Made by a program: the position numbers and the translations under genes. Shown piece after piece: positions 17,774-24,982 of a DNA stretch of 64,000 bases. The notes beneath the pieces are model-generated. The model saw only the letters and a program-made list of their open reading frames with translations, searched no databases and was not told where the DNA came from. The stretch comes from Eubacteriales bacterium. Lineage in GTDB: Bacteria > Bacillota > Clostridia > Oscillospirales > CAG-272. The number at the start of each line of letters is the position of its first letter. Within the stretch, counting starts at the first letter, position 1. Where the stretch lies: NCBI GenBank assembly GCA_045588165.1, contig JAZNDP010000066.1:1614-65613 (forward strand). The letters run 5' to 3'.

Positions 17774-18331
17774 ATGGTAGTAGCAGGCGATTTTAAAAAC
17801 GGCATCACCTTTGACATGGACGGTAACGTTTATCAAGTTATCGAATTCCAGCACGTAAAGCCCGGTAAGGGAGCTGCGTTCGTTCGTACCAAGATCAAGA
17901 ACGTAATCACCGGATCCGTGATTGAGAGAACCTTCAGCCCCACGGACAAGTTCGAGAACGCGTACATCGAGAGAAAGGAAATGCAGTATTCCTACAACGA
18001 CGGCGATCTCTACTATTTTATGGATATGGAGACCTTCGATATGCTGCCCCTGAACAGCGATAAGCTCCCCGAGAGCTTCCAGTTCGTCAAGGAGGAGATG
18101 CTGTGCAAGATTCTTTCCTACAAGGGCAACGTATTTGCCGTAGAGCCCCCCACGTTCGTAGAGCTGGCAGTTACCCAGACCGATCCCGGCTTTGCAGGCA
18201 ACACCGCAACCAACACCCTCAAGCCCGCAACTCTGGAGACCGGTGCTGTGATTAAGGTTCCGCTCTTTATCAACGAGGGCGAGGTTCTGAAGATCGATAC
18301 CAGAACCGGCGAATATCTGTCTCGCGCGTAA
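17774..18331 (+). CDS. efp: Elongation factor P
   Basis: [50 protein letters not shown] before ATG 17774. Confidence 0.95.
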   Translation: MVVAGDFKNGITFDMDGNVYQVIEFQHVKPGKGAAFVRTKIKNVITGSVIERTFSPTDKFENAYIERKEMQYSYNDGDLYYFMDMETFDMLPLNSDKLPESFQFVKEEMLCKILSYKGNVFAVEPPTFVELAVTQTDPGFAGNTATNTLKPATLETGAVIKVPLFINEGEVLKIDTRTGEYLSRA

Positions 18332-18358
18332 GCCCGAGACCGATGGTGGAGGTGTGAG

Positions 18359-18811
18359 ATGACACTGAATGAAAGAGCCGCCTATATTAAGGGATTGGCA
18401 GAGGGAATGGAGCTGGATACCGCTTCCAAGGAGGGTAAGATCATTGCCGCTCTGATCGAGCTCTGCTCGGATATGGCAGAGGAGATTGCCGCGCTGGACG
18501 AGGCTGTGGATACGGTTCACGCATACTGCGAGGAGCTGGATGAGGATCTGGGTGCCGTAGAGGAGTATCTGCTGGATGAGTGCGACTGCGACGACGAGTG
18601 CGATTGTGATTGCTGCGACTGTTGCGATTGTGACGACGAGTGCGATTGCGACGACGAGGAGGATTACTTTGAGGTAGAATGCCCCGCTTGCGGTGACACC
18701 ATTTGCTTCGATGGAAGCATTGACCCCGAGGAGCTGACCTGTCCCGCATGTGGCGAAAAGTTTGAGTGCCTGATTTCCGAGGAGGATCTCGAGGCGTTGG
18801 ATGCCGAGTAA
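18359..18811 (+). CDS. Acidic Cys/Asp-repeat protein with C-terminal zinc ribbon (150 aa)
   Basis: 27 nt after efp with a GGTGGAGG SD. Helical N-domain, then DECDCDDECDCDCCDCCDCDDECDCDDEEDY (11 Cys in 27 aa), then CPACG-x17-CPACG. Confidence 0.85.
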   Translation: MTLNERAAYIKGLAEGMELDTASKEGKIIAALIELCSDMAEEIAALDEAVDTVHAYCEELDEDLGAVEEYLLDECDCDDECDCDCCDCCDCDDECDCDDEEDYFEVECPACGDTICFDGSIDPEELTCPACGEKFECLISEEDLEALDAE

Positions 18812-18830
18812 TTTTGAAAAATAAGGAAGA

Positions 18831-18862
18831 GCGTTCTCCCAATGAGGAGAACGCCCTTTTTT
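18831..18862 (+). terminator. Rho-independent terminator after the efp operon
   Basis: GCGTTCTCC-caatga-GGAGAACGC followed by CCTTTTTT. Confidence 0.8.
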
Positions 18863-18882
18863 AAATTTTTTTCAAAAAGGAC

Positions 18883-18911
18883 TTGTATTTTTGGAATAAC
18901 CGTGGTATAAT
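18883..18911 (+). promoter_or_regulatory. Sigma-A promoter for the hemolysin-III-family gene
   Basis: TTGTAT, 17 bp, TGgTATAAT extended -10. Confidence 0.65.
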
Positions 18912-18959
18912 AACTATACAATGTAGTATTGAACACCACATAACAAGGAGAAAGATATA

Positions 18960-19646
18960 ATGTCCACTGCTCGAATCAGATTGCGGGATCGGATCCTGCC
19001 CACGTATACCAAAGGGGAAGAAGTGTTTAATATGGTGTCTCATATCGTAGGGGGCGCCATTGGTATTGCCACACTGGTATTCTGTGTTTTAATTCCCGCC
19101 CTTCGGGGAAGCGTCGCGGGGGTTATTTGCGGCGCCGTGTTCGGCTTTTCCATGACGGCGTTGTACTGCATGTCCAGTATCTATCACGGCTTGCGTCCGA
19201 ATCTTGCCAAGCGGGTCTTTCAGGTGATGGATCACTGTACCATTTACTTCTTGATCGCGGGAACCTATACGCCTATTTTGATTTGCTGTATGGCAAAGTA
19301 CTATCCCGTGGCGGCGTGGATCACCTTTGGCGCGGTCTGGGGATTGGCGGCACTTGCCGTCACGCTGACCGCGATTGATCTTCATAAATATAAGGTGTTC
19401 AGCCAGATCTGCTATATCGGTATGGGTTGGGCGGTGATTTTCAGTATGCGGCAAGCTTTCCACTCCCTTGGGTTGTACGGCTTTTTGCTGGTGCTGGGGG
19501 GCGGCATACTCTACACCGGCGGAGCTATCTTTTTTCGCGTGGGAAAGAAGAAAAAATATTTTCATTCGATCTTCCATTTAATGACGCTGGCGGGAAGCGT
19601 TTGTCACGCTCTTGCCGTCATGTTCTTCGTGTTGTGGCGGGTTTGA
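18960..19646 (+). CDS. Hemolysin III / PAQR family membrane protein
   Basis: Seven hydrophobic segments. EEVFNMVSHIVG, SSIYH and HSIFHLMT are His-containing motifs typical of YplQ/HlyIII. Confidence 0.85.
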   Translation: MSTARIRLRDRILPTYTKGEEVFNMVSHIVGGAIGIATLVFCVLIPALRGSVAGVICGAVFGFSMTALYCMSSIYHGLRPNLAKRVFQVMDHCTIYFLIAGTYTPILICCMAKYYPVAAWITFGAVWGLAALAVTLTAIDLHKYKVFSQICYIGMGWAVIFSMRQAFHSLGLYGFLLVLGGGILYTGGAIFFRVGKKKKYFHSIFHLMTLAGSVCHALAVMFFVLWRV

Positions 19647-19653
19647 TTGATAC

Positions 19654-19690
19654 AAAAAACCGTAGGGATTTGCGTCCCTACGGTTTTTGT
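19654..19690. terminator. Bidirectional terminator
   Basis: AAAAACCGTAGGGA-tttgcg-TCCCTACGGTTTTT. Confidence 0.8.
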
Positions 19691-21202
19691 TTATTTTTCA
19701 ATCAGATAGACCTTGGCGTTTTGATCCTTGAAGATTGTTTCAATGGTTTTGTCCGCCCGACGGTCAAAGGGCAGAATGGGGGGCTCGGCAAGCTCGTTTC
19801 CGCCGTACTGCCCCAGAGGCTTATCCTCGTTTTGCAGATAAGTATTTTCATACATCACGGGGCAGGATTCTTCCTTCTGTGCCACCAGATGAAGCATGCG
19901 GTAATTTGCCTCACCGAAGATATTATGATGGATCGAGAAATCCGATGCGGTATTGACGTAGCTCCAGCCCTTGATATGAGCGGGGGTGTGGGTGTTGTGC
20001 CTCTGCTGTCCCCAGCCGTAGCCCGAATGGCGAATGATGTTTCCGCACATCTCCACGTTCTTCATATAGCTTTCGGTATCTCCGTTCTGTTGATCCAAAA
20101 AATATTCAATACCGTAAACGCAGTCCTCGATCAAGTTATTGGCATAGCGGATATTTTCCATGGCGTAGGGCGTCCCGCCGGTGTTGACCTGATGGGTAAT
20201 TCCTGCGTCGAAGCACTGATATATATAGCAGTTTTCCACCACGTAATCGTTACAGCCGCCGTAGATCTCAACGGCATTGCCGAAGCGGGTCACCGTTCCT
20301 CGCTTGCCCTCGGGATAATTGGGATCGGTTCCGAAATAGTGCTGGATCTGTCCGCCGATCCAGCCCATCTCACAGTTGGTTACGTGAAGTCCCGTAATGC
20401 AAGGACCGCTGCCACCGATGGCAAAGCCCGCGTATTGGATGCAGAGATTGTCAAAATGGGCGTAGGATGCCTTACTGCGCAAACGGAAAACAACCTGCTG
20501 GGAGATTGCTTCTACCGTATCAAAGACAAGGGCGGGATTTCCGCGATCGCAACGCAGATAAAGATCCCCAAGACCGCCAATGGGATCGGGAATAGGGAAA
20601 TCCTCTCCCTTGGAGGGATGGGTGGTCATCTTATCCTCAAAATGCCAATAGAGATCCAGATCGCGGATCATTTCCTCTGCCATCACGAAGGGTTTGCTTT
20701 CATCGTCACGGCAAACGAAGCGTCCTCCGATATAAGAGGGGATCAGCTTGATGGAAAGCTGTTCTCCCTCGTTAAAAACGATGGTTCCCACGTCAAGGAT
20801 TTTCTCGCCCCATTTCCAGATGTGATGAGCGGAGTCGACCTCCTGCCAGAGAGAGGGCTCCTTCAGATCCCGCGCCGCACCAAAGAATTTCGGCTTATCA
20901 CCCTCTCCGTAGGCACCTACGGTAAAGTGTGGGGCGGCAATTCGGATTCCGCCGCGGAAGAGATCGCCTCGGCGGAAGAGAACGGTATCTCCCTCGCAAA
21001 ACTCGAATTCTCCTACCTTGGCAAGAGTTTTCCATGGCGTATCGGGGCTGCGACCGTCATTGGTATCATCGCCCTCGTTGCTGACGTAATAGCACGTGCC
21101 CATGATCGTAAGCGTGTCGGGGGTGTTTCGTATTTCCGATTTTCTTTTTTCTGTCAGTGCGTCGAATTCCGCGACGGTTTGCTTGGTAGCGGTGATCAGC
21201 AT
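19691..21202 (-). CDS. Right-handed parallel beta-helix repeat protein (putative glycan-active enzyme), no signal peptide
   Basis: 503-aa ORF with good codon periodicity. Repeated G-x-N/D-x-hydrophobic turns (NCEMGWIGG, NCYIYQCFDAGITHQ, NNLIEDCVYGIEY). Family call made from pattern only. Confidence 0.5.
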   Translation of the reverse strand: MLITATKQTVAEFDALTEKRKSEIRNTPDTLTIMGTCYYVSNEGDDTNDGRSPDTPWKTLAKVGEFEFCEGDTVLFRRGDLFRGGIRIAAPHFTVGAYGEGDKPKFFGAARDLKEPSLWQEVDSAHHIWKWGEKILDVGTIVFNEGEQLSIKLIPSYIGGRFVCRDDESKPFVMAEEMIRDLDLYWHFEDKMTTHPSKGEDFPIPDPIGGLGDLYLRCDRGNPALVFDTVEAISQQVVFRLRSKASYAHFDNLCIQYAGFAIGGSGPCITGLHVTNCEMGWIGGQIQHYFGTDPNYPEGKRGTVTRFGNAVEIYGGCNDYVVENCYIYQCFDAGITHQVNTGGTPYAMENIRYANNLIEDCVYGIEYFLDQQNGDTESYMKNVEMCGNIIRHSGYGWGQQRHNTHTPAHIKGWSYVNTASDFSIHHNIFGEANYRMLHLVAQKEESCPVMYENTYLQNEDKPLGQYGGNELAEPPILPFDRRADKTIETIFKDQNAKVYLIEK

Positions 21203-21249
21203 AGAGATAGCTCCTTTTTCTTTCCCGATAGGGTTCTTTGATTTGCTTC

Positions 21250-21278
21250 ATTATAGCATAATATTAACGATAATGCAA
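21250..21278 (-). promoter_or_regulatory. Sigma-A promoter for the beta-helix gene
   Basis: Minus strand reads TTGCAT, 17 bp, TATAAT. Confidence 0.55.
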
Positions 21279-21444
21279 TAGAAAAAATGAAAAAGAAATA
21301 AGAAACAAAGAAAGGAATTTTTTTGGTGATTCGTCAAATTGCACAACAAAAATCGGTAAATGGTCAAATTGCCTTAAAACGACCTTCGGAAGAAGGAACC
21401 AAAGAGAAAGAAAAATAAAATAAAAGAGCACCTCCCAAACGGGA

Positions 21445-21481
21445 TGTGCTTTTTTGGCGGAGAGAGTGAGATTCAGAACTC
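21445..21481 (-). pseudogene. Duplicated 3' end of tRNA-Ser (T-arm/acceptor/CCA plus start of terminator); not a foldable tRNA
   Basis: tgtgcttttttggcggagagagtgagattc is identical to 21603-21632. A 1-nt insertion follows, then gaactc. The upstream sequence gives no acceptor, D or anticodon arms. Confidence 0.6.
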
Positions 21482-21612
21482 GTAGCGCAACCTGCGGTTT
21501 CGCTGGCAAATTACGCCGCAGAAAGGGCATGGGAAAGTAAGGTTGTAATTTGCGCCGTGAGTCTCATTCCCACTCCTCGCACAAAAAAAGCACACCATAT
21601 GGTGTGCTTTTT

Positions 21613-21704
21613 TGGCGGAGAGAGTGAGATTCGAACTCACGGTAGGGTATTAGCCTACACACGATTTCCAGTCGTGCGCCTTAGACCAACTCAGCCATCT
21701 CTCC
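21613..21704 (-). tRNA. tRNA-Ser (anticodon GGA), CCA encoded
   Basis: Hand-folded. Acceptor GGAGAGA/TCTCTCC, anticodon stem CACGA/TCGTG with loop CTGGAAA, long variable arm GTAGG..CCTAC, T-arm GTGAG-TTCGAAT-CTCAC, discriminator G, CCA. Confidence 0.9.
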
Positions 21705-21718
21705 ATGCCGACCAGTGT

Positions 21719-21747
21719 ATTATATCATATATTTTTTCAAAAATCAA
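21719..21747 (-). promoter_or_regulatory. Sigma-A promoter for tRNA-Ser
   Basis: Minus strand reads TTGATT, 17 bp, TATAAT, about 15 nt upstream of the tRNA 5' end. Confidence 0.65.
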
Positions 21748-21836
21748 CCCCTTTTTTAAATTTTTTCAAAAATTTTTCGTAGAATTTTTTTGGCGTAAAA
21801 AAGCCGATAAAAAGCCGAAAAAATGGGGAAAAAGGG

Positions 21837-21865
21837 TTGACTTTCCTATTAAATGTTGGTAGAAT
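21837..21865 (+). promoter_or_regulatory. Sigma-A promoter for the ABC exporter/DUF1854 operon
   Basis: TTGACT, 17 bp, TAGAAT. Confidence 0.6.
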
Positions 21866-21916
21866 ACACGAAGAAAAGAAAATAAGGAGAGCGCCGATTC
21901 GGTTGCGACGGGGAAA

Positions 21917-24169
21917 ATGGATGCTCGGATTTTAACCAATCAAAAGCTGACGGATGATCAGCTGAGGACCATTGTCTCGCTGGGAAGCGAGGAAGAGCCT
22001 GTGCTTTTTGCTGTGGTGGGAGCCATCTCAAAGGAAGCAAAGTACGGAGTCAACGTGCTTCTGGCTACGAAATCTCACTTGTTCACCTACGATTTCCAAA
22101 ACGGGAAACGCTCGGAGAGATTCGCTTTTTGTCAGGTGAAGGAGATTTACAACAAGCGGATGTACGGAAACGGAATGATGCGCCTTGTCACCGAGGACGG
22201 TGTCAAGCACGATCTGTTTCGCTTTACCTTTACGGTAACGGCACTCTGTGACGCGGTACTGACCTACGTTACGAGCATCCGTGACGGAGAGGACCCCGCG
22301 GCGGCGCTGGACGCCATGTCCGCCGTTTACGAGAAGATGCTGTCAGTCTGCCCCAAATGCGGACGCACTCTTTCCGCCCCCGGCGTTCCCTGTATTCACT
22401 GTATGAACAAGGGAAGGGTAGTAAAAAAATTCTGGCAGTATCTCAAGCCGGAGATCCCGATTCTGATCGTGGCGGTGGTGATGTCCATTATTACCACAGC
22501 CATCGCGCTGGTTCCCCCGCTTCTGACGAAGGAGTTGGTGGATACCATCCTGCCGAATAACAACAGTCGCATGCTGACGGTTGTGGTGGTGGGATTGGTC
22601 TCCTTGCATCTGGTGCATTATATTATTTCGGGATTTCGCGGCTATTTGCTTCGAATCTCCGGGAACAAGATCGTGGCAAGAATACGCTGTGAGGTTTATG
22701 AGAAAGCCCAATACCTGCCCATGCGGTTCTACGACAAGACCTCTACGGGCTCGGTCATCAACCGAATCAGCAGCGATACGGCAACCATTCAGGCGTTTAT
22801 GCTACGTATCACGCAGGAGGTTGTGGTTCAGTTCTTTAAGCTTGTGGGTATCGTTGTTATCATGCTGGTGTTGAATCCCAAGCTCACCCTGTTCTCTCTG
22901 ATTCCCGTTCCTCTGATCGTCATCGGGTCCAGAATCTTCAAAAAGAAGATCGCTCCCTTTTACCGTCGGATCTGGCGTCGCTCCTCCGCGGTGACCTCGG
23001 TTCTTACCGATACGATCCCCGGTATTCGTGTCATCAAGTCCTTTACCAACGAGAAAAAGTCGGTGAAGAATTTTGACGGATGCGTGGAGGAATGGAGAAA
23101 GACCGATACGCGGGCGGGTCGGATTCTCAACGCCTATCCCGCCATCGTCAACGGCTTGATCGCATGCGGAAGCGTGGTGATCTGGGCGATGGGCGGTAAT
23201 CTGGTGATCAGCGGCGCCATTCAGACGGGTCTGTTGGTTGCATTTATCTCCTACGCGACGATGTTTTACGATCCTGTAAATTTCTTTGCCAACTTCTCCG
23301 ACTCCGTACAGAACGCCATGTCCTCGGTGGAGCGGATCATGGATATCCTAGATGCCGAGCCCGAGCACGATTTTGGCAAGGGCAATACGGATGCCGATAT
23401 CGGAGGGCAGATCGTCTTCAAGAACGTCAGCTTCTCCTTTGACCGAACCAAGAAGGTCCTCAAAAATATCAACCTGACCATCGATCCCGGTGACGTGGTT
23501 GGTATCGTAGGCACCACGGGCTCGGGAAAGTCCACGCTGATCAATCTGCTTCTGCGGTATTATGATCATTATGAGGGAACCATCACCGTGGGCGGTGTGG
23601 ATATTCGGGATATTGATATGCAATATTACCGTTCCTGCATTGGCTACGTACAGCAAGAGCCTCATATGTTCCACGATACGATCTTCAATAATATTGCCTA
23701 TGGAGACGAAGGCTACTCGGTAGACGAGGTGATCAACGCGGCGGATATCGCAAACGCCCATGAATTTATCGTCCGTCAGCCCGACGGATACGATTCGGTT
23801 TTGGGCGAGCGAGGTGTGGGATTGTCAGGCGGTGAGCGCCAGAGAATTTCTATTGCCCGCGCCATGCTCCGAAATCCCAAGATGTTGGTCTTTGACGAGG
23901 CAACCGCATCGGTGGACTCCGAAACCGAGCATCTGATTCAGGACGCGATTGAAAACCTGATCAGCGGAAGGACCACGCTGATGATTGCCCACCGTCTTTC
24001 CACCCTGTCCAAGGCAAACAAGATTGTGGTGGTGGATAACGGAGCCATCATTGAATGCGGCACACCCGAGGAGCTGATGGCGCAGAAGGGTAAGTATTAT
24101 AAGCTGGTTCAGATTCAGTCCATGTCCGATAAGCTTGCCGAGGAGCGTCGGGCGGAGAATTTTGAATGA
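21917..24169 (+). CDS. ABC exporter (fused TMD-NBD, type I) with about 170-aa extra cytosolic N-terminal domain and zinc ribbon
   Basis: Six TM helices. Walker A GTTGSGKST, signature LSGGERQR, Walker B LVFDEATAS. The N-terminal 1-165 aa is non-membrane and ends in CPKCG-x11-CIHC. Confidence 0.9.
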   Translation: MDARILTNQKLTDDQLRTIVSLGSEEEPVLFAVVGAISKEAKYGVNVLLATKSHLFTYDFQNGKRSERFAFCQVKEIYNKRMYGNGMMRLVTEDGVKHDLFRFTFTVTALCDAVLTYVTSIRDGEDPAAALDAMSAVYEKMLSVCPKCGRTLSAPGVPCIHCMNKGRVVKKFWQYLKPEIPILIVAVVMSIITTAIALVPPLLTKELVDTILPNNNSRMLTVVVVGLVSLHLVHYIISGFRGYLLRISGNKIVARIRCEVYEKAQYLPMRFYDKTSTGSVINRISSDTATIQAFMLRITQEVVVQFFKLVGIVVIMLVLNPKLTLFSLIPVPLIVIGSRIFKKKIAPFYRRIWRRSSAVTSVLTDTIPGIRVIKSFTNEKKSVKNFDGCVEEWRKTDTRAGRILNAYPAIVNGLIACGSVVIWAMGGNLVISGAIQTGLLVAFISYATMFYDPVNFFANFSDSVQNAMSSVERIMDILDAEPEHDFGKGNTDADIGGQIVFKNVSFSFDRTKKVLKNINLTIDPGDVVGIVGTTGSGKSTLINLLLRYYDHYEGTITVGGVDIRDIDMQYYRSCIGYVQQEPHMFHDTIFNNIAYGDEGYSVDEVINAADIANAHEFIVRQPDGYDSVLGERGVGLSGGERQRISIARAMLRNPKMLVFDEATASVDSETEHLIQDAIENLISGRTTLMIAHRLSTLSKANKIVVVDNGAIIECGTPEELMAQKGKYYKLVQIQSMSDKLAEERRAENFE

Positions 24170-24182
24170 GGAGGGGCGAAGA

Positions 24183-24674
24183 ATGGGAAGAATTTACGTT
24201 GACCGTTATACGGGAAAAATCGAACGAACCGATCTGTATCTGGTCAAGCTGACCATGAAGGACGGCACGGTCTATGAGGATCTGGAGCCCCGCATGCTGT
24301 TTCCCTTTACCAATCATACCATGTATATCACGCTTCTTGACGATCACGAGAAGGAGCTTGGATTCGTACGGGATCTGGAGGAAATTGACGAGGACTCTCG
24401 CAAGGCGCTGGAGGAGTGCTTCCATGAATATTACATGATTCCCAAAATCTCCAGAGTTCTGGCTTGCGAGGATAAATTCGGAACGTTGAAATGGACGGTG
24501 GAGACCGATCGGGGAGAGATTACCTTCCGCATCCGAAACCGTCACAGCGACATTAAGCATTTGTGGGGGACCAAGCGGGTGATCGTCAGAGATTCTAACG
24601 ATAACCGTTACGAGATCCCTGACTATACGGCAATGGATGCCAAGAGCAATCGCTTGCTGTTCTCGTATCTTTAA
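24183..24674 (+). CDS. DUF1854-like ABC-transporter-associated protein
   Basis: GAGGAGG SD; starts 14 nt after the ABC stop. The sequence MGRIYVDRYTGKIERTDLYLVKLTMKDGTVYEDLEPRMLFPF... matches my memory of DUF1854, which is usually found next to such exporters. Confidence 0.65.
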   Translation: MGRIYVDRYTGKIERTDLYLVKLTMKDGTVYEDLEPRMLFPFTNHTMYITLLDDHEKELGFVRDLEEIDEDSRKALEECFHEYYMIPKISRVLACEDKFGTLKWTVETDRGEITFRIRNRHSDIKHLWGTKRVIVRDSNDNRYEIPDYTAMDAKSNRLLFSYL

Positions 24675-24681
24675 GAAAAAA

Positions 24682-24708
24682 GCGGAACCCTTGGGGTTCC
24701 GCCTTTTT
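24682..24708. terminator. Bidirectional terminator
   Basis: GCGGAACCC-ttg-GGGTTCCGC flanked by A- and T-runs. Confidence 0.8.
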
Positions 24709-24711
24709 TCT

Positions 24712-24969
24712 TTAAAAGTTCTCTTCAAAAAAACGCTTGAGCGTCTGTGCGCACTCCTCGGAATCCTCTCCCGCTGCCGTCACGGTAACGGTATCGCCGT
24801 GGCGGACGCCCAGCCCCATGACCGCCAGAAGCTTTTTCAGGCTTGCGGATTTTCCGTGGCAGGAAAGGGTGATCTCACAGGGAAAGGCCTGTGCCTGCCG
24901 TACGAGCAACCCTGCCGGACGGGCGTGAAGTCCGTTGGGATCCGTGATGGTATAATTAAAAGTATCCAT
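24712..24969 (-). CDS. ptsH: Phosphocarrier protein HPr
   Basis: GLHARPAG (His15 site) and GKSASLKKLLAVMGLG (Ser46 site). 85 aa. Confidence 0.93.
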   Translation of the reverse strand: MDTFNYTITDPNGLHARPAGLLVRQAQAFPCEITLSCHGKSASLKKLLAVMGLGVRHGDTVTVTAAGEDSEECAQTLKRFFEENF

Positions 24970-24982
24970 AGTTCTTACCTCT

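Noticed and set aside
18581-18657. The TGCGAY/GACGAG repeat tract as a CRISPR array or non-coding satellite.
   Set aside because: The repeat unit is 6 nt with no spacers. It sits in frame inside a well-supported ORF and encodes the Cys/Asp tract.
21455-21590. Second full tRNA, tRNA-Sec or tmRNA-like gene at the duplicated tRNA-Ser 3' end.
   Set aside because: I could not build an acceptor stem, D-arm or anticodon arm. The T-stem is broken (ACGAG vs CTCAC) and the T-loop has an extra base. No UCA anticodon context is present. I treat it as a fragment and reported it as a finding.
21264-21862. ORFs 21264..21530 (-) and 21557..21862 (+) as protein genes.
   Set aside because: They overlap the tRNA, the tRNA fragment and AT-rich promoter DNA. 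They have no SD, and their Phe/Lys/Leu-rich translations are typical of AT-rich non-coding sequence.
21203-21916. Integrated mobile element at tRNA-Ser.
   Set aside because: There is no integrase, excisionase or cargo genes on either side, and the repeats are only 158 bp apart. At most this is a scar.
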